Shown here piece by piece: positions 1 to 10,045 of a DNA stretch of 64,000 bases (position 1 is its first letter; each line of letters begins with the position of its first letter). The position numbers and the translations under genes are program-made. Under the pieces are notes generated by a model. It ran no database searches. It saw only the letters and a program-made list of their open reading frames with translations, and was not told where the DNA came from. The DNA is from a virus (lineage: Duplodnaviria > Caudoviricetes), in IMG/VR virus record IMGVR_UViG_2921473944_000002, positions 1 to 64,000 of that record; one strand, 5' to 3'.

Positions 1-516
1 TTAATGCTTTGTTTTTGCTTTTGCATTTCGCACATATGTAGCAGTACCATCAAATTTGTGCTTATACTGCTCTGGCGGTTGTTTTGGCAATGCTCGGATT
101 TCATCCATCAATCCTTCTACGAACGAGTTTCCATGTTCATGGCGATAAATCACAAATTTACGCTCTAAACATTCCAACGAATAGTCGTCAATCCATCCCT
201 GTTCGTACACAAAATGATGATGGCGCTCCGTCACGTATGACTTAATATCTTCCTTATCTGATTCAATCAGCATGGCGATACTTTCATTGATTTTATCAAT
301 GCATTCTTTGGTATCAGCCTTTGCGTCTTTTAATTCGGATACATCCCCTTTAATTGAGTTAATCTCTTCGCGCTCATCATGGTCTTTGTCATAGACTTTA
401 CGAGCACGATCGCAAGCCCAATCGATGAAAGACACAACTCCCTTAACCGCAAGACACAGAATCACTGTGTACATAATAATGTCTGTGGGAGAATAGTTTG
501 TAAGTAATTTTTCCAT
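1..516 (-). CDS. holin-like / lysis-module membrane protein
   Basis: N-terminal hydrophobic helix followed by a coiled-coil; lies downstream of the endolysin. Start placed at ATG 516 (MEKLL), which has a GGAGG RBS. Confidence 0.5.
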   Translation of the reverse strand: MEKLLTNYSPTDIIMYTVILCLAVKGVVSFIDWACDRARKVYDKDHDEREEINSIKGDVSELKDAKADTKECIDKINESIAMLIESDKEDIKSYVTERHHHFVYEQGWIDDYSLECLERKFVIYRHEHGNSFVEGLMDEIRALPKQPPEQYKHKFDGTATYVRNAKAKTKH

Positions 517-579
517 ATTTCCCTCCAATAAGTTACATGCCGGAAATATGCAGGGCGGATAATACCGCCCATACATAGA

Positions 580-2169
580 TTACAGTTTTATGCAGTAATC
601 AAGAGAAACCCATCCGGCTCCGGATTTCAATTTTCCCCAGCCCTTTTTCGAGCCAGCTCCTGCTTTTTCCTCTACAATAGTGAAAGTTCCCTTTCCGGTA
701 TATGCGCCAGTAGTAGAGTAATTAGTGCCAGCGCCTTTCCGAATTCTAAGGTCATTTGCATCAATGCGAACCTTGTATGGAACGTTTGATTTTACTGCTG
801 GTTTTGATGATCCAGCAGATGTAGAGCCGATGGTGCAATATGACGCATTTTCCAAATAAATCCAACCTGCGCCAGATTTCAATTTACCCCATCCATTGTT
901 TACGGCTGTGATTGTGAACACGCCTTTACCAGTCTGTCCGACAACCTTACCACTCATTGATGGTGATGTCCTAATATTCAAATCTGTTACGATAACATTC
1001 ACCGTGAATGGAGTATTTGGAAATGAAGTATTTGTTTTAGCAGGTGTGCTATTACCGCCTGTACTAGGAGTACTAGACGCAGAACCAAGTAAAGCATTGA
1101 TTCTATTAGCCAAATCTCCATATCTTGAATAGAGCCAGTCGCCAGGGCAACTCTTATTTGCAAAGAAGCGATGAGCTGTCAGTACCATCTCATTACTCTT
1201 TGGTTCGTATGAGAGAGATGCGGATTTGCTTCCCATCCATACAACTTTGTTCTTACCATTTCTACGACAGATATCAGCACAAAGCTTAATAAGCTTTTCA
1301 TATACTGCGTTGTTCATTTCATACGGTTCCTGCATACCACTAGCGCATTCGATAGTAATAGCTCTCTGATCGTTTGCGTTGCTAGATGAACACCAGCTAC
1401 GATTTGCTTCATCTACGCAAAGTACAACGCGACCATCCTTACCAATACCATAATTACAACTTGCCTGCCTTGAAGAGCTTGTAAAGCAACCTCCTATAGA
1501 CTCAGCAGACAGTTGACCGACAACGCAGTGAGGTGTGATTCTGTCGATTGCATGTGTACGCTGACCACTATGATTAGGACTTTTTACCACGCAATCTACA
1601 AGTGAACTGTTAGTATAACCCATAGTATTACCTCCTTTTTGATGAGTTGTTTGTGAAGCAAATTTGTCGTAATATACCTGTCCATAAGAGGCTCTACGGC
1701 TCTGTACAGAGGCGCTCTGGTCAGCAGGACGTTCGTACCGAAGAAGAACAGCATTAGATGCCTGTAGAACAGTAGTGGCACTACGCAGTTCAGAGAGAAC
1801 AGAACTATAATTTTCACTGAGCTCTTTGTACATGAATTCAAGCTGCATTTCTAAATCGCCAATTGAAGTCATCTTTGATTTGCAGAATTCAAGCAATGCC
1901 TGTTTCCTACTCCAATACGTCCACTGACACAATCCATACCCAGCGCTATCACGCACAAAGTTGTCATAAGAACCGCTATCGACAGCCGATGTATAATCGG
2001 CATCGGTATATCCAAGTTTCTTTTCAAACGAATTTTGCAGGTTCGTAGGGATTAAGCCGCTTTCCGCGTATATGTTTCCCATAAGACCTGATGCTCCGCA
2101 TTTACTCATTCCTTTGCCAATGCAAAAGTTCCAAATGCGCTGTTCATTTGTTGTTCCTGTCAATGCCAT
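580..2169 (-). CDS. endolysin: phage-tail-lysozyme-like domain + amidase_2 + two SH3b-like domains
   Basis: GNIYAESG...GYGLCQWT lysozyme motif; ITPHC...AHRFFANKSCPG amidase motif; two repeats ending GWGKLKSGAGW. Confidence 0.9.
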   Translation of the reverse strand: MALTGTTNEQRIWNFCIGKGMSKCGASGLMGNIYAESGLIPTNLQNSFEKKLGYTDADYTSAVDSGSYDNFVRDSAGYGLCQWTYWSRKQALLEFCKSKMTSIGDLEMQLEFMYKELSENYSSVLSELRSATTVLQASNAVLLRYERPADQSASVQSRRASYGQVYYDKFASQTTHQKGGNTMGYTNSSLVDCVVKSPNHSGQRTHAIDRITPHCVVGQLSAESIGGCFTSSSRQASCNYGIGKDGRVVLCVDEANRSWCSSSNANDQRAITIECASGMQEPYEMNNAVYEKLIKLCADICRRNGKNKVVWMGSKSASLSYEPKSNEMVLTAHRFFANKSCPGDWLYSRYGDLANRINALLGSASSTPSTGGNSTPAKTNTSFPNTPFTVNVIVTDLNIRTSPSMSGKVVGQTGKGVFTITAVNNGWGKLKSGAGWIYLENASYCTIGSTSAGSSKPAVKSNVPYKVRIDANDLRIRKGAGTNYSTTGAYTGKGTFTIVEEKAGAGSKKGWGKLKSGAGWVSLDYCIKL

Positions 2170-2234
2170 AGAGAAATCAATCCCCTTTCGTAAATAATTA
2201 AATTAGCATGAGAATCTAATGATAAGGACAGATT

Positions 2235-2630
2235 TTAAACTCCACTCTTATCAGAAGTTGTCTCGTTTGTTTTTACAATTTCACGCAGAGTGTCCAATGC
2301 AGAATCAATCTGTTCATCAATCCACTCGATCAGAGCTTTCTGATCTACGACCTTAGAGAGGACAGGATATTCTTCATAAATTTGCTTGATTACCTGAGCA
2401 CGTTTGATAGAGCCTGCTTTACTCCATTCTTGCCAGTCAACCTCCGCATCACTAATCATTTTCAGAATGGTTGTTTGAATCTGTTTCTTTGCAATTTCAA
2501 TTTTTTCATCCTGACTCTTGGACATATAATCTCGAGTTTTCTTCACAATACCGATGACAAGACCGATGCATACAAGAATACTTGTCCAGTTGTCATTCAG
2601 GAGTTGTAAAAATTTTTGTAATCCTTCCAT
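2235..2630 (-). CDS. putative holin
   Basis: Single N-terminal TM helix; adjacent to the endolysin. Confidence 0.55.
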   Translation of the reverse strand: MEGLQKFLQLLNDNWTSILVCIGLVIGIVKKTRDYMSKSQDEKIEIAKKQIQTTILKMISDAEVDWQEWSKAGSIKRAQVIKQIYEEYPVLSKVVDQKALIEWIDEQIDSALDTLREIVKTNETTSDKSGV

Positions 2631-2636
2631 AATTCA

Positions 2637-3023
2637 TTACCCCTTTCCAGATTCTGAATCATTTGTTGAGCCTTGCTCCTTCATAGCAGTTTCGTAAATG
2701 ATGCCTCCAGATGTATTTTCTGCTTTTGACTTGCTATAGTAACCGAAGATTACAGGTGCAAGCGAAGCTACAATACCTAGTAAGGCATAAGCCTGTGATA
2801 AGTCACACAATCTATGAGATTCATACATAAACCAGATAGCAATGCAAAATACAAGAGCAACCATAGCCCAGAGTACTAACTTACTGTTAGAAATTTTCTT
2901 GGACTTTCGTGGCTGCCCTTTCGCACGTTCCGCTTTGAGCTTTCTCATTCTGGCTTTACTTTCATTCTCATGTTTGATTCGCGACATCTCAGCATTGTAT
3001 TCTTTTTCACTGATATATCTCAT
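2637..3023 (-). CDS. two-TM membrane protein (holin-like)
   Basis: Two hydrophobic helices followed by YYSKSKAEN; in the lysis module. Confidence 0.5.
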   Translation of the reverse strand: MRYISEKEYNAEMSRIKHENESKARMRKLKAERAKGQPRKSKKISNSKLVLWAMVALVFCIAIWFMYESHRLCDLSQAYALLGIVASLAPVIFGYYSKSKAENTSGGIIYETAMKEQGSTNDSESGKG

Positions 3024-3116
3024 TGTTTCACCACCTTTGCGATACTATATATAGAGAAAGAAGTGATAATGAAAACTATATATAGCATCTTAACGTTTAT
3101 AAAACGTGAATTTGAT

Positions 3117-3326
3117 TTATTTTAATCCATATAATAACCTTTGAAGCGGCGTGACAAATTTACCGCTTTCATGTCTATATCCGTCAGGCGTTTTATATAT
3201 TGTATAGCCTCCGCATATGTGAACAATTCCGTCAGTATGATTACGCCATTCTGGTAGACCTAAATCTTCACATGTTATAGGTTGATTTGATCTACATTTG
3301 TCAAAAAGTTCATCGTCACTTAACAT
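3117..3326 (-). CDS. hypothetical protein
   Basis: ORF; ATG 3326 overlaps the end of the upstream gene. Confidence 0.45.
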   Translation of the reverse strand: MLSDDELFDKCRSNQPITCEDLGLPEWRNHTDGIVHICGGYTIYKTPDGYRHESGKFVTPLQRLLYGLK

Positions 3327-3690
3327 TCCGTGTATCCTCGTCTGTGTAGTAAATAGCTGCAGGCTTGATGTCATTGTCTGTCGCAACGTACATATCAAAA
3401 TCGCTTATCAGCATTCGTCTAAATACGGTATATAAAAATGTTTCATCAATACCCGGCTGAGCAATAATCTTATTTGCTCTAATGCCACGAGCCGCATCGC
3501 TTGCGTAGACGAATCGAATCATTGTTCCATCTTTCAGTTCAATCCAGCAGCTGCAACGTGATTTAATCATTTTGTTAACCATGTCATGAGGATATATGTT
3601 CAGAATCTTACTAAACATCTCGTCTCTCCATTCGATGTCAGTATATACAATTAAAATTCTTTGTCTTAATACTGTAGTTAAATCGTTCAT
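3316..3690 (-). CDS. hypothetical protein
   Basis: ORF coupled to the upstream gene by an ATGA overlap. Confidence 0.6.
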   Translation of the reverse strand: MNDLTTVLRQRILIVYTDIEWRDEMFSKILNIYPHDMVNKMIKSRCSCWIELKDGTMIRFVYASDAARGIRANKIIAQPGIDETFLYTVFRRMLISDFDMYVATDNDIKPAAIYYTDEDTRNVK

Positions 3691-4145
3691 TTTTTCTCCT
3701 TAAATTTCCATAGATAATATGGCTTTTCTTCTCCAAAAAACCAATATCTCTCATAGTCGTCAATTACAATCGCGCAAGCGGATAGTATCACCCACAAAAG
3801 AGAGAATGGCAGACAAATCTGACCAAGAATATTAAATGGCATATTTGAGTAGTCCCAGATCCCAAGTCCGAGCCATAGATTCAAAATACATCCAGATACA
3901 AACTCTCCAGTTGTTACGATGCACGATCCGATGATTGCCTGTAGCCAGATAGGCGTATCTATCGACAATATCTCATTAATGAGTCCGATACATACACCGC
4001 ATATACCTGCAAGAATAAACATGCTGATATGGCTATATCCACGCCACATGATCTCAATCATGTAGTAAATAGACCCCATCACAGCAAATAACGATAGATA
4101 TTTAAGGAATAATGATAGAGCCTTTTTCATCGTTATAACCTCCAT
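3687..4145 (-). CDS. four-TM membrane protein (putative ABC-permease-like family common in Clostridial phages)
   Basis: Four hydrophobic segments; WDYSNMPFNILGQICLPFS motif. Confidence 0.65.
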   Translation of the reverse strand: MEVITMKKALSLFLKYLSLFAVMGSIYYMIEIMWRGYSHISMFILAGICGVCIGLINEILSIDTPIWLQAIIGSCIVTTGEFVSGCILNLWLGLGIWDYSNMPFNILGQICLPFSLLWVILSACAIVIDDYERYWFFGEEKPYYLWKFKEKK

Positions 4146-4205
4146 TTAACACGCAGAGAGCCGGACTAGCCGACTCAATGCATATTATCTAATTAGCTTG
4201 ATAAA

Positions 4206-4760
4206 TTAAGCTTCAGTGTTTGCCTGAGCATACAACATCTTCAGGACTTCGGACTGATATGCCTCTGGGATATTATCTCCGTACTTTACATCGCAAATAT
4301 CGTTGATATCAGTCATACTCTCGATATAATCTCTCAGAGAGTTAAAGTATGTAGTCTGAAATTCAATACAGTTCTCCATTGCTGTATTCAGCGCCACAAC
4401 CTCGTCTTTGGTGTAGAACTTACAAGACTCACCATCAGCATGATATGGCAAGACAGTAATGCCAGCATTCGCTCTGTCATTCAGTTTAGAAATTTTCAGC
4501 TGGTCTGCAACTTCAAGACTGAAGTGATGAGATTTCTTATCTGACAGCGTGATATCAAATCCCTGTGTGATCACTTCGTTACAAGCTACACTCATTTCTG
4601 CAATCTTAGCAGCCTTTACATCTTCGATGTTGTCGTTTGTTACAACACCGGATTTAATAAGTTGTTCCATGACAGCTCCCTTGATTTTATCCGGCACTGC
4701 ATCGAATTCTTTCTCACCATTATAAACAAGTTCTGTCCAAAAATTGATTAACTGAATCAT
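4206..4760 (-). CDS. tail-fibre-associated protein (DUF4376-like)
   Basis: KAAKIAEMSVAC...FSL...DQ...YHADGE pattern; located after the fibre/DGR genes. Confidence 0.55.
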   Translation of the reverse strand: MIQLINFWTELVYNGEKEFDAVPDKIKGAVMEQLIKSGVVTNDNIEDVKAAKIAEMSVACNEVITQGFDITLSDKKSHHFSLEVADQLKISKLNDRANAGITVLPYHADGESCKFYTKDEVVALNTAMENCIEFQTTYFNSLRDYIESMTDINDICDVKYGDNIPEAYQSEVLKMLYAQANTEA

Positions 4761-4772
4761 ATAACACCCTCC

Positions 4773-5045
4773 TTAAAGTAATGCACTCAGTTCGATGATG
4801 CACTGTTTCATTTTTTCTGCTTCTGTCATTTCATGGATGATGAATCGAGTATGACCGTCCTCGCTCCAAATATTTGTGCAGGTCATATCTTTATAATCAA
4901 CTCCGCCGATATTTACACTGGATAAATTGGCATCAGATAGAATCTCGATATTGACTTCATCATCTGTGATGTAGTTGTTGCCATTCAGTGTAGCGTGAAT
5001 CTCTGTTCCGTTTGCGAGGATAATATTGTACATAGTATTTTCCAT
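4773..5045 (-). CDS. hypothetical protein
   Basis: ORF with GGAGG RBS, overlapping the 3' end of the RT gene. Confidence 0.6.
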   Translation of the reverse strand: MENTMYNIILANGTEIHATLNGNNYITDDEVNIEILSDANLSSVNIGGVDYKDMTCTNIWSEDGHTRFIIHEMTEAEKMKQCIIELSALL

Positions 5046-6231
5046 CTATAAAACCTCCAAATAAGTCATAATAAAGAAGATTTAAGTTATCACGTTGTAT
5101 TTTACTCATTAGATGCGCATGTCCACCCATCCAAGATCGAAACATATTCTCAACCTCTTCTTGTGTGCGCTCGCCTCTTTGCACCTTTCTGCTCAATGCC
5201 TTGAGTTTATGTCTCATATCAACTATTCTTTTAGGATTGATTTTCCGTACCACTCTGCCAGTGTCTGTGAGAGAGTATGATATCTGAAGAAAACGGTAAT
5301 AGTCAGATAGTTTTACTATTCTTGTTTTCTTTCTGTTCAATGTCATTCCAAATTCTGTTGCTTTAGCAGCAATTTTAGATTCAAGTTCAATGAGATATTC
5401 TTTGCTCTGAGAAATCACATAGCTATCATCCATATATCTGCCGTAGAATTTCTGACCTTCAACAATTTTGACAAAATTATCTATCTGGGTTGGATAGTAT
5501 ATGCCAATAATCTGAGAGCACTGGTCTCCGATATTGACAGATTTTCGCATGAACTTCTCGCCAGTACGAGCGGATTTTGGAATATTTAATCTGTAATCAG
5601 TCGAATTAAATGGTGTTTTCATACAATGTGCATATTCTTCATCTGTCATATATGAAACATCAATCTTGAAATTATCGAATATTAAATCCAATAACCATAG
5701 TGAAAATTCATCATGCACATGTTTAGCAATTTCACGATAAGCAATATCATGTGGGATATTGTCGTAGAACTTACTATAATCCATTAAAAGTATGTATCCA
5801 TCATTCCCGTGTAAACGATAATATTTATGTAAATGTTCTTCAAATCTTTGTCTACTAAATGTAATTCCTTTACCCTTTAGAGATGCTCCGTTATCATAAA
5901 TTAGATAAGAGAGCAGGCTTGGAGCAAGAATATGATCACAAAGAGAGTGACGGATAACCCTGTCAGACATTTGCAAACCTGTAATAGGTCTCGTTTTGCC
6001 ACGCTCATTGATAATAAATTCAGTCGAAGCTTTTGATTGATACGTTCTGTCTTTCAAGGCAGATTTACTCTTAACGATATGTGGCAAGAAATTCATTTCA
6101 TATTTTTGTACTTGAGGCTTCCAGTCGGAGTCCTTCTTTGCAGCCAAGTATGAATGATAAAGTGAGTTTAAGTTATATACAACATGACACCCATCTTCGA
6201 AATGTGTGTTTGTTTCTATCATTTCTTTCAA
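4960..6231 (-). CDS. DGR reverse transcriptase
   Basis: RT motifs ERGKTRPI, DRVIRH, MDYSKFYDNI, IGDQCSQ, GRYMDD; adjacent to TR and avd. Confidence 0.95.
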   Translation of the reverse strand: MKEMIETNTHFEDGCHVVYNLNSLYHSYLAAKKDSDWKPQVQKYEMNFLPHIVKSKSALKDRTYQSKASTEFIINERGKTRPITGLQMSDRVIRHSLCDHILAPSLLSYLIYDNGASLKGKGITFSRQRFEEHLHKYYRLHGNDGYILLMDYSKFYDNIPHDIAYREIAKHVHDEFSLWLLDLIFDNFKIDVSYMTDEEYAHCMKTPFNSTDYRLNIPKSARTGEKFMRKSVNIGDQCSQIIGIYYPTQIDNFVKIVEGQKFYGRYMDDSYVISQSKEYLIELESKIAAKATEFGMTLNRKKTRIVKLSDYYRFLQISYSLTDTGRVVRKINPKRIVDMRHKLKALSRKVQRGERTQEEVENMFRSWMGGHAHLMSKIQRDNLNLLYYDLFGGFIDGKYYVQYYPRKRNRDSRYTEWQQLHHR

Positions 6232-6370
6232 AAAATATTTGACGTATATAGCAATCGGTCGTAACGAATTGCATCGCCTTTGTCTTTTAGCGCATTCCTA
6301 CGCAAGGACAATTTCTCCTTTCTTCGTTTCTTGTATCTGCATATAGCATAATTAAACAAGTGGAAGAAGT

Positions 6371-6485
6371 CGGACGAACGCCATTAGAATTAGACGCGTT
6401 GTTGTTGTTCGCATTGCCGTTGTTGTTCACATTGCAGAAGTTAGTCGCAGACCTCACACCACGAAGCCAATAGTTGAAGCGACGA
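6371..6485 (-). ncRNA. DGR template repeat (TR)
   Basis: 115-bp copy of VR1 (7170-7284), rich in AAC/AAT codons; all 16 differences from VR1 fall at TR adenines. Confidence 0.97.
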
Positions 6486-6524
6486 ACGGCGCAAAACATG
6501 CAGAAATTGCCCTGATTAGTTTCT

Positions 6525-7076
6525 TTATGCTGTCACAGATTCTTTCTCTCTGTTTAAAATACTTTTACGAATTTTGTTGTCAGATTTTCTCCAACCTTTG
6601 ATTAGCGCCTGTTCCTGCATAATCATATTTGTGATATTTTCATATTTTTCTATATTGACAGGCAGAGTAGTGATGATATACTGTAATTCCTGAATCAGGT
6701 TCTCACAGTGACCAAGAGCTAAATCTTGATGTATTCTTCGTTCATCACACTCACTAATGAATTGCGGACATATTTCATTAGCTAGAAAAATTTCATGTAC
6801 CATATCACGGGTAATTTGTATAATTGCTTTCTGTTCATCTGGTATAAACCATTCTACAAAAGCTTCATATCGCTCTCTGCGTTTCTTCACGCCGCGATCA
6901 TAACCATCTTTCTGTTGTTGGTTCCATGTGCTATATGCCTCCGGCTTCGGTCTTTCTTCATATTCCTTTAGTCCGAAGTTCCTCAGAGCGAGGTCAGTTA
7001 TAACCGTCCGAACTTTATACGCATGATGTTCAACCTCGAATGGAGATGGCTTTCTATTAGCTTTCAGTACCGACAT
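6525..7076 (-). CDS. avd: DGR accessory variability determinant (Avd-like)
   Basis: Helical protein between target and TR; MSVLK...R N-terminus and LIKGWRKSD C-terminus typical of Avd-like proteins. Confidence 0.8.
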   Translation of the reverse strand: MSVLKANRKPSPFEVEHHAYKVRTVITDLALRNFGLKEYEERPKPEAYSTWNQQQKDGYDRGVKKRRERYEAFVEWFIPDEQKAIIQITRDMVHEIFLANEICPQFISECDERRIHQDLALGHCENLIQELQYIITTLPVNIEKYENITNMIMQEQALIKGWRKSDNKIRKSILNREKESVTA

Positions 7077-7093
7077 TATTTCCTCCGTATTAA

Positions 7094-7118
7094 CCCACCC
7101 ACCCGGAGGTGGGATGGG
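7094..7118. promoter_or_regulatory. GC-rich hairpin downstream of VR1 (candidate DGR target-recognition cruciform)
   Basis: CCCACC-CGGA-GGTGGG (7098-7113) with an extended stem, just past the target stop codon. Confidence 0.65.
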
Positions 7119-7151
7119 ATTAAAGATATTGCATTGTGTTTCTTGTCAATA

Positions 7152-8084
7152 TTAGTTAACGAAGAAAAACGGACGAACGCCATAAGAATAAGACGCGCTG
7201 TTGGCGTTCGCAAGGCCGGCGTTGCCCACACCGCAGAAGAGAGTCGCAGACCTCACACCACGAAGCCAATAGTAGAAGCGACGATGAATGTATTCAGGAG
7301 CGAGAGCGAACAGCGGGAACTGAGAGTTGATACATCCAACTTCATAACCGCTATCAGCCCATACTTTTGTTCCGTATACCATTGTTTCAGACATCAGTTC
7401 GACTTTACAGTCATACCAAGCCCATCCAGAAGCCTGACCGTTTGATGTTGCATTTGGCAGGATATCTCTGTAAGACATTACATGAGAAGAACCAAAATCG
7501 TTCACAATTTTCTGAGTAGCCTGTGCGAGATTCGCAGTTCTCATGTCAGAGTTAGCATAAGCACCAGTTGTAGTATTTGCAGCAGCGCCCTCTGTATACT
7601 GACCGCTGTCTGTGTTATGCATCTGAGCACTATACAGAGCTGAATCAGGTACAAGGCACATGCTGTTACCCATAGACGCATTATCTCCAATCTGTTTTCC
7701 AAGATTGAATCCAGCAATTCTATATACAGTACCGTTGATTGTTAAATAATCACCCACATAAAGGTCATCGAATGTACCTGCCTGAATAGCTTTTGACATA
7801 GCAGAAGTGTAAGATGTACCTAAGTTCTTACCTCTGAAGATCGAGTTGTGACCACCTGCGTTATTACGAGCAGCTCCTTTGTATAGTTCATTTACCGCAT
7901 CCGGCAGAGACTTTGTTCCCTGATCCAGACCAAAAGTCTTGCTTGCCAGTTTACCAAGTGTAGCGGCAGAAAGGTTTCCAAAAGTTACACCCTTAGTACC
8001 ATTCGCACCGTCAACTGGAAGTACATCAGAATCAGCGACAGATGTAACAGCAGTAAGGTCTTTAATTCTTGTTGTATTTGCCAT
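7152..8084 (-). CDS. DGR target protein 1 (C-type-lectin-fold receptor-binding protein)
   Basis: C-terminal YWLR...GVRP variable region; follows the tail fibre genes. Confidence 0.9.
   Translation of the reverse strand: MANTTRIKDLTAVTSVADSDVLPVDGANGTKGVTFGNLSAATLGKLASKTFGLDQGTKSLPDAVNELYKGAARNNAGGHNSIFRGKNLGTSYTSAMSKAIQAGTFDDLYVGDYLTINGTVYRIAGFNLGKQIGDNASMGNSMCLVPDSALYSAQMHNTDSGQYTEGAAANTTTGAYANSDMRTANLAQATQKIVNDFGSSHVMSYRDILPNATSNGQASGWAWYDCKVELMSETMVYGTKVWADSGYEVGCINSQFPLFALAPEYIHRRFYYWLRGVRSATLFCGVGNAGLANANSASYSYGVRPFFFVN
7170..7284 (-). repeat. DGR variable repeat VR1
   Basis: Matches TR over 115 bp with adenine-only substitutions. Confidence 0.97.
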
Positions 8085-8099
8085 AGTATATTCCTCCTC

Positions 8100-10016
8100 T
8101 TATATACCGAGTTTCTTTTCAAGTTTTTCTATACGATTATTGAATTCATCCATTTTCAACTCGTCGTATAACAATCTGACCAATAAAAAATGAGTATACT
8201 CAATGCAGTAATACTCATTATCATCATCAGGATTTAGTTTTCGTGTTCCAAGCATTAAAAGTTTATCTTCAACTCCATGCTTAGCAAATGCATTTCGTAA
8301 GTCTTGCGCTAAGATTCCAACACATAGTTCGTCATGACTATATCCTGGCGCTGACATCCTAAATTGTTTAAAGTTTACTTCGCCAACAGCCAAAATGATT
8401 TCTTTGGCTATTGGTTCGATATCACGTTTCATGCGTACATCTGATAACGTTCCGCTCCACGTACCATCCAGAAACCCTTTTCCGTTCTCTGCTTTTAGGT
8501 GAATACCATCTGAATCTGCGTATATGCGACCGCGTTTGCCTTGAGTACCTTTGTTGTTGTAGTACCAATCAGACCACCCATATCCTCCGGGTGTATTTTC
8601 ATCCATAAGGTTGACGCCTTTGAAAATACGCAGTAACATTGCACAATCAATACCAGATCTGTTCGCTGTTTTACCGAATGCAATACCATCGCCACCAACT
8701 TTATAATCCATAGTAGCAAAGCCATTGGATAGAGTCATAGTTGCTATGGCTTCCTGTCCAGCCTTGTCTCGGACAATAATTCTGATATCATATGCTTCAG
8801 TATCAGAGGCAGCTATTACTTGTGTATCATTTAAAGATAATGAGCTTGCACTGATGTTAAGATTTGTCCAGGCAGATTGACCTATGATGCGATATTGAAG
8901 AACAGGAGTAAGGGTATTTCCAGATATGTTACTTACCGATCCGGTTGAAACAATCTTGGCATGATCGCCTGTGTCATCAGCAACGAAATCTCCAACCGAG
9001 GTTCCAGTACCTCTTGAAGCGTTGAGAGCAGCAGTTGGTAAACTATAGTCTACGACGTTCACGTCTAAAGCTGATTTTGCAGTGCGTCCGCGACTATCAG
9101 TGACAGAGACTGTTATAACCTTGGTACCAGTTTTCTTAAATGGGTCAAAAGTATATTCTGTTCCGCTTGTAGCCGTTTTATCGGACATATCTGTTACGGA
9201 GATTTTCAATGTCTTAACAGATGACCCGTAAATACCGGAAGCGGTAGGTTTTACTTTAACTCCTGATAGCAATTTTGCATAGCATCCAAATGTATTGTTT
9301 GTATTAGTTAAAGCGGCAATACTACATGATGGTATAACCGAATCTGGTAGGTAAGCCGTGACAGATATTGTCTTTGTACCTATTTTCGTTGAGCCATTCA
9401 TAGTATCTACCGTAAATATCAAAGTACCACTTGTTGCATTTGGTATCTGACCAGCATACGCAGCAATTGTAAATCCATTCCATGTGACATTATCTACGCA
9501 AGAGTTAGTAATTACTTCCGATTTATTGCCAAATGTAGCTGTAACTTTATGTGTGAAACCTGCCTTCTTATTCATATGAACAATAATCTGTTCTCCGATA
9601 TTTACAGAAGAAACACTTGAAGGCCATGTATTTACGGATGGTTGAGAGGCTCTTGGAATTGTGTCAAGAGACCAAGTTCCACTACCATTTCCGGTACCGT
9701 CAGCATAGTAATAGATAGCACTCGAAATACTCGCTGAGAAAGATGCAGTACCGTTGTCGTTATGATTAACTGTAACAGAACCACTTGTAAGACTTCCTTT
9801 GTACTGTTTCCAACGACCAGTGTTGTTATACACTTCTCTTCCGGCGACTACTACCTTACACGGTCCGGTCATATACCAACCGGCGCTACCACCGACAGCT
9901 TCTACATTGTAAGATATAGTCGAGGTGTTGCCTCCTATATTCTGAGAGGCAGACCAACTGAATTTCCAACATCTGCCTTCATAGCCGCTTGTATAAAACT
10001 CTCCACTCAAAGCCAT
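8100..10016 (-). CDS. tail fibre / minor structural protein with C-terminal intramolecular chaperone (peptidase S74-like)
   Basis: Beta-rich S/T-rich body, GIAFGK motif, LSDVRMKRDI autocleavage motif and terminal coiled-coil. Confidence 0.75.
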   Translation of the reverse strand: MALSGEFYTSGYEGRCWKFSWSASQNIGGNTSTISYNVEAVGGSAGWYMTGPCKVVVAGREVYNNTGRWKQYKGSLTSGSVTVNHNDNGTASFSASISSAIYYYADGTGNGSGTWSLDTIPRASQPSVNTWPSSVSSVNIGEQIIVHMNKKAGFTHKVTATFGNKSEVITNSCVDNVTWNGFTIAAYAGQIPNATSGTLIFTVDTMNGSTKIGTKTISVTAYLPDSVIPSCSIAALTNTNNTFGCYAKLLSGVKVKPTASGIYGSSVKTLKISVTDMSDKTATSGTEYTFDPFKKTGTKVITVSVTDSRGRTAKSALDVNVVDYSLPTAALNASRGTGTSVGDFVADDTGDHAKIVSTGSVSNISGNTLTPVLQYRIIGQSAWTNLNISASSLSLNDTQVIAASDTEAYDIRIIVRDKAGQEAIATMTLSNGFATMDYKVGGDGIAFGKTANRSGIDCAMLLRIFKGVNLMDENTPGGYGWSDWYYNNKGTQGKRGRIYADSDGIHLKAENGKGFLDGTWSGTLSDVRMKRDIEPIAKEIILAVGEVNFKQFRMSAPGYSHDELCVGILAQDLRNAFAKHGVEDKLLMLGTRKLNPDDDNEYYCIEYTHFLLVRLLYDELKMDEFNNRIEKLEKKLGI

Positions 10017-10045
10017 GCGTTATCACCCCCTTTACGGCTAAGAAT

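Noticed and set aside
6287-6499. 70-aa Asn-rich ORF
   Set aside because: It is the DGR template repeat read in the VR frame.
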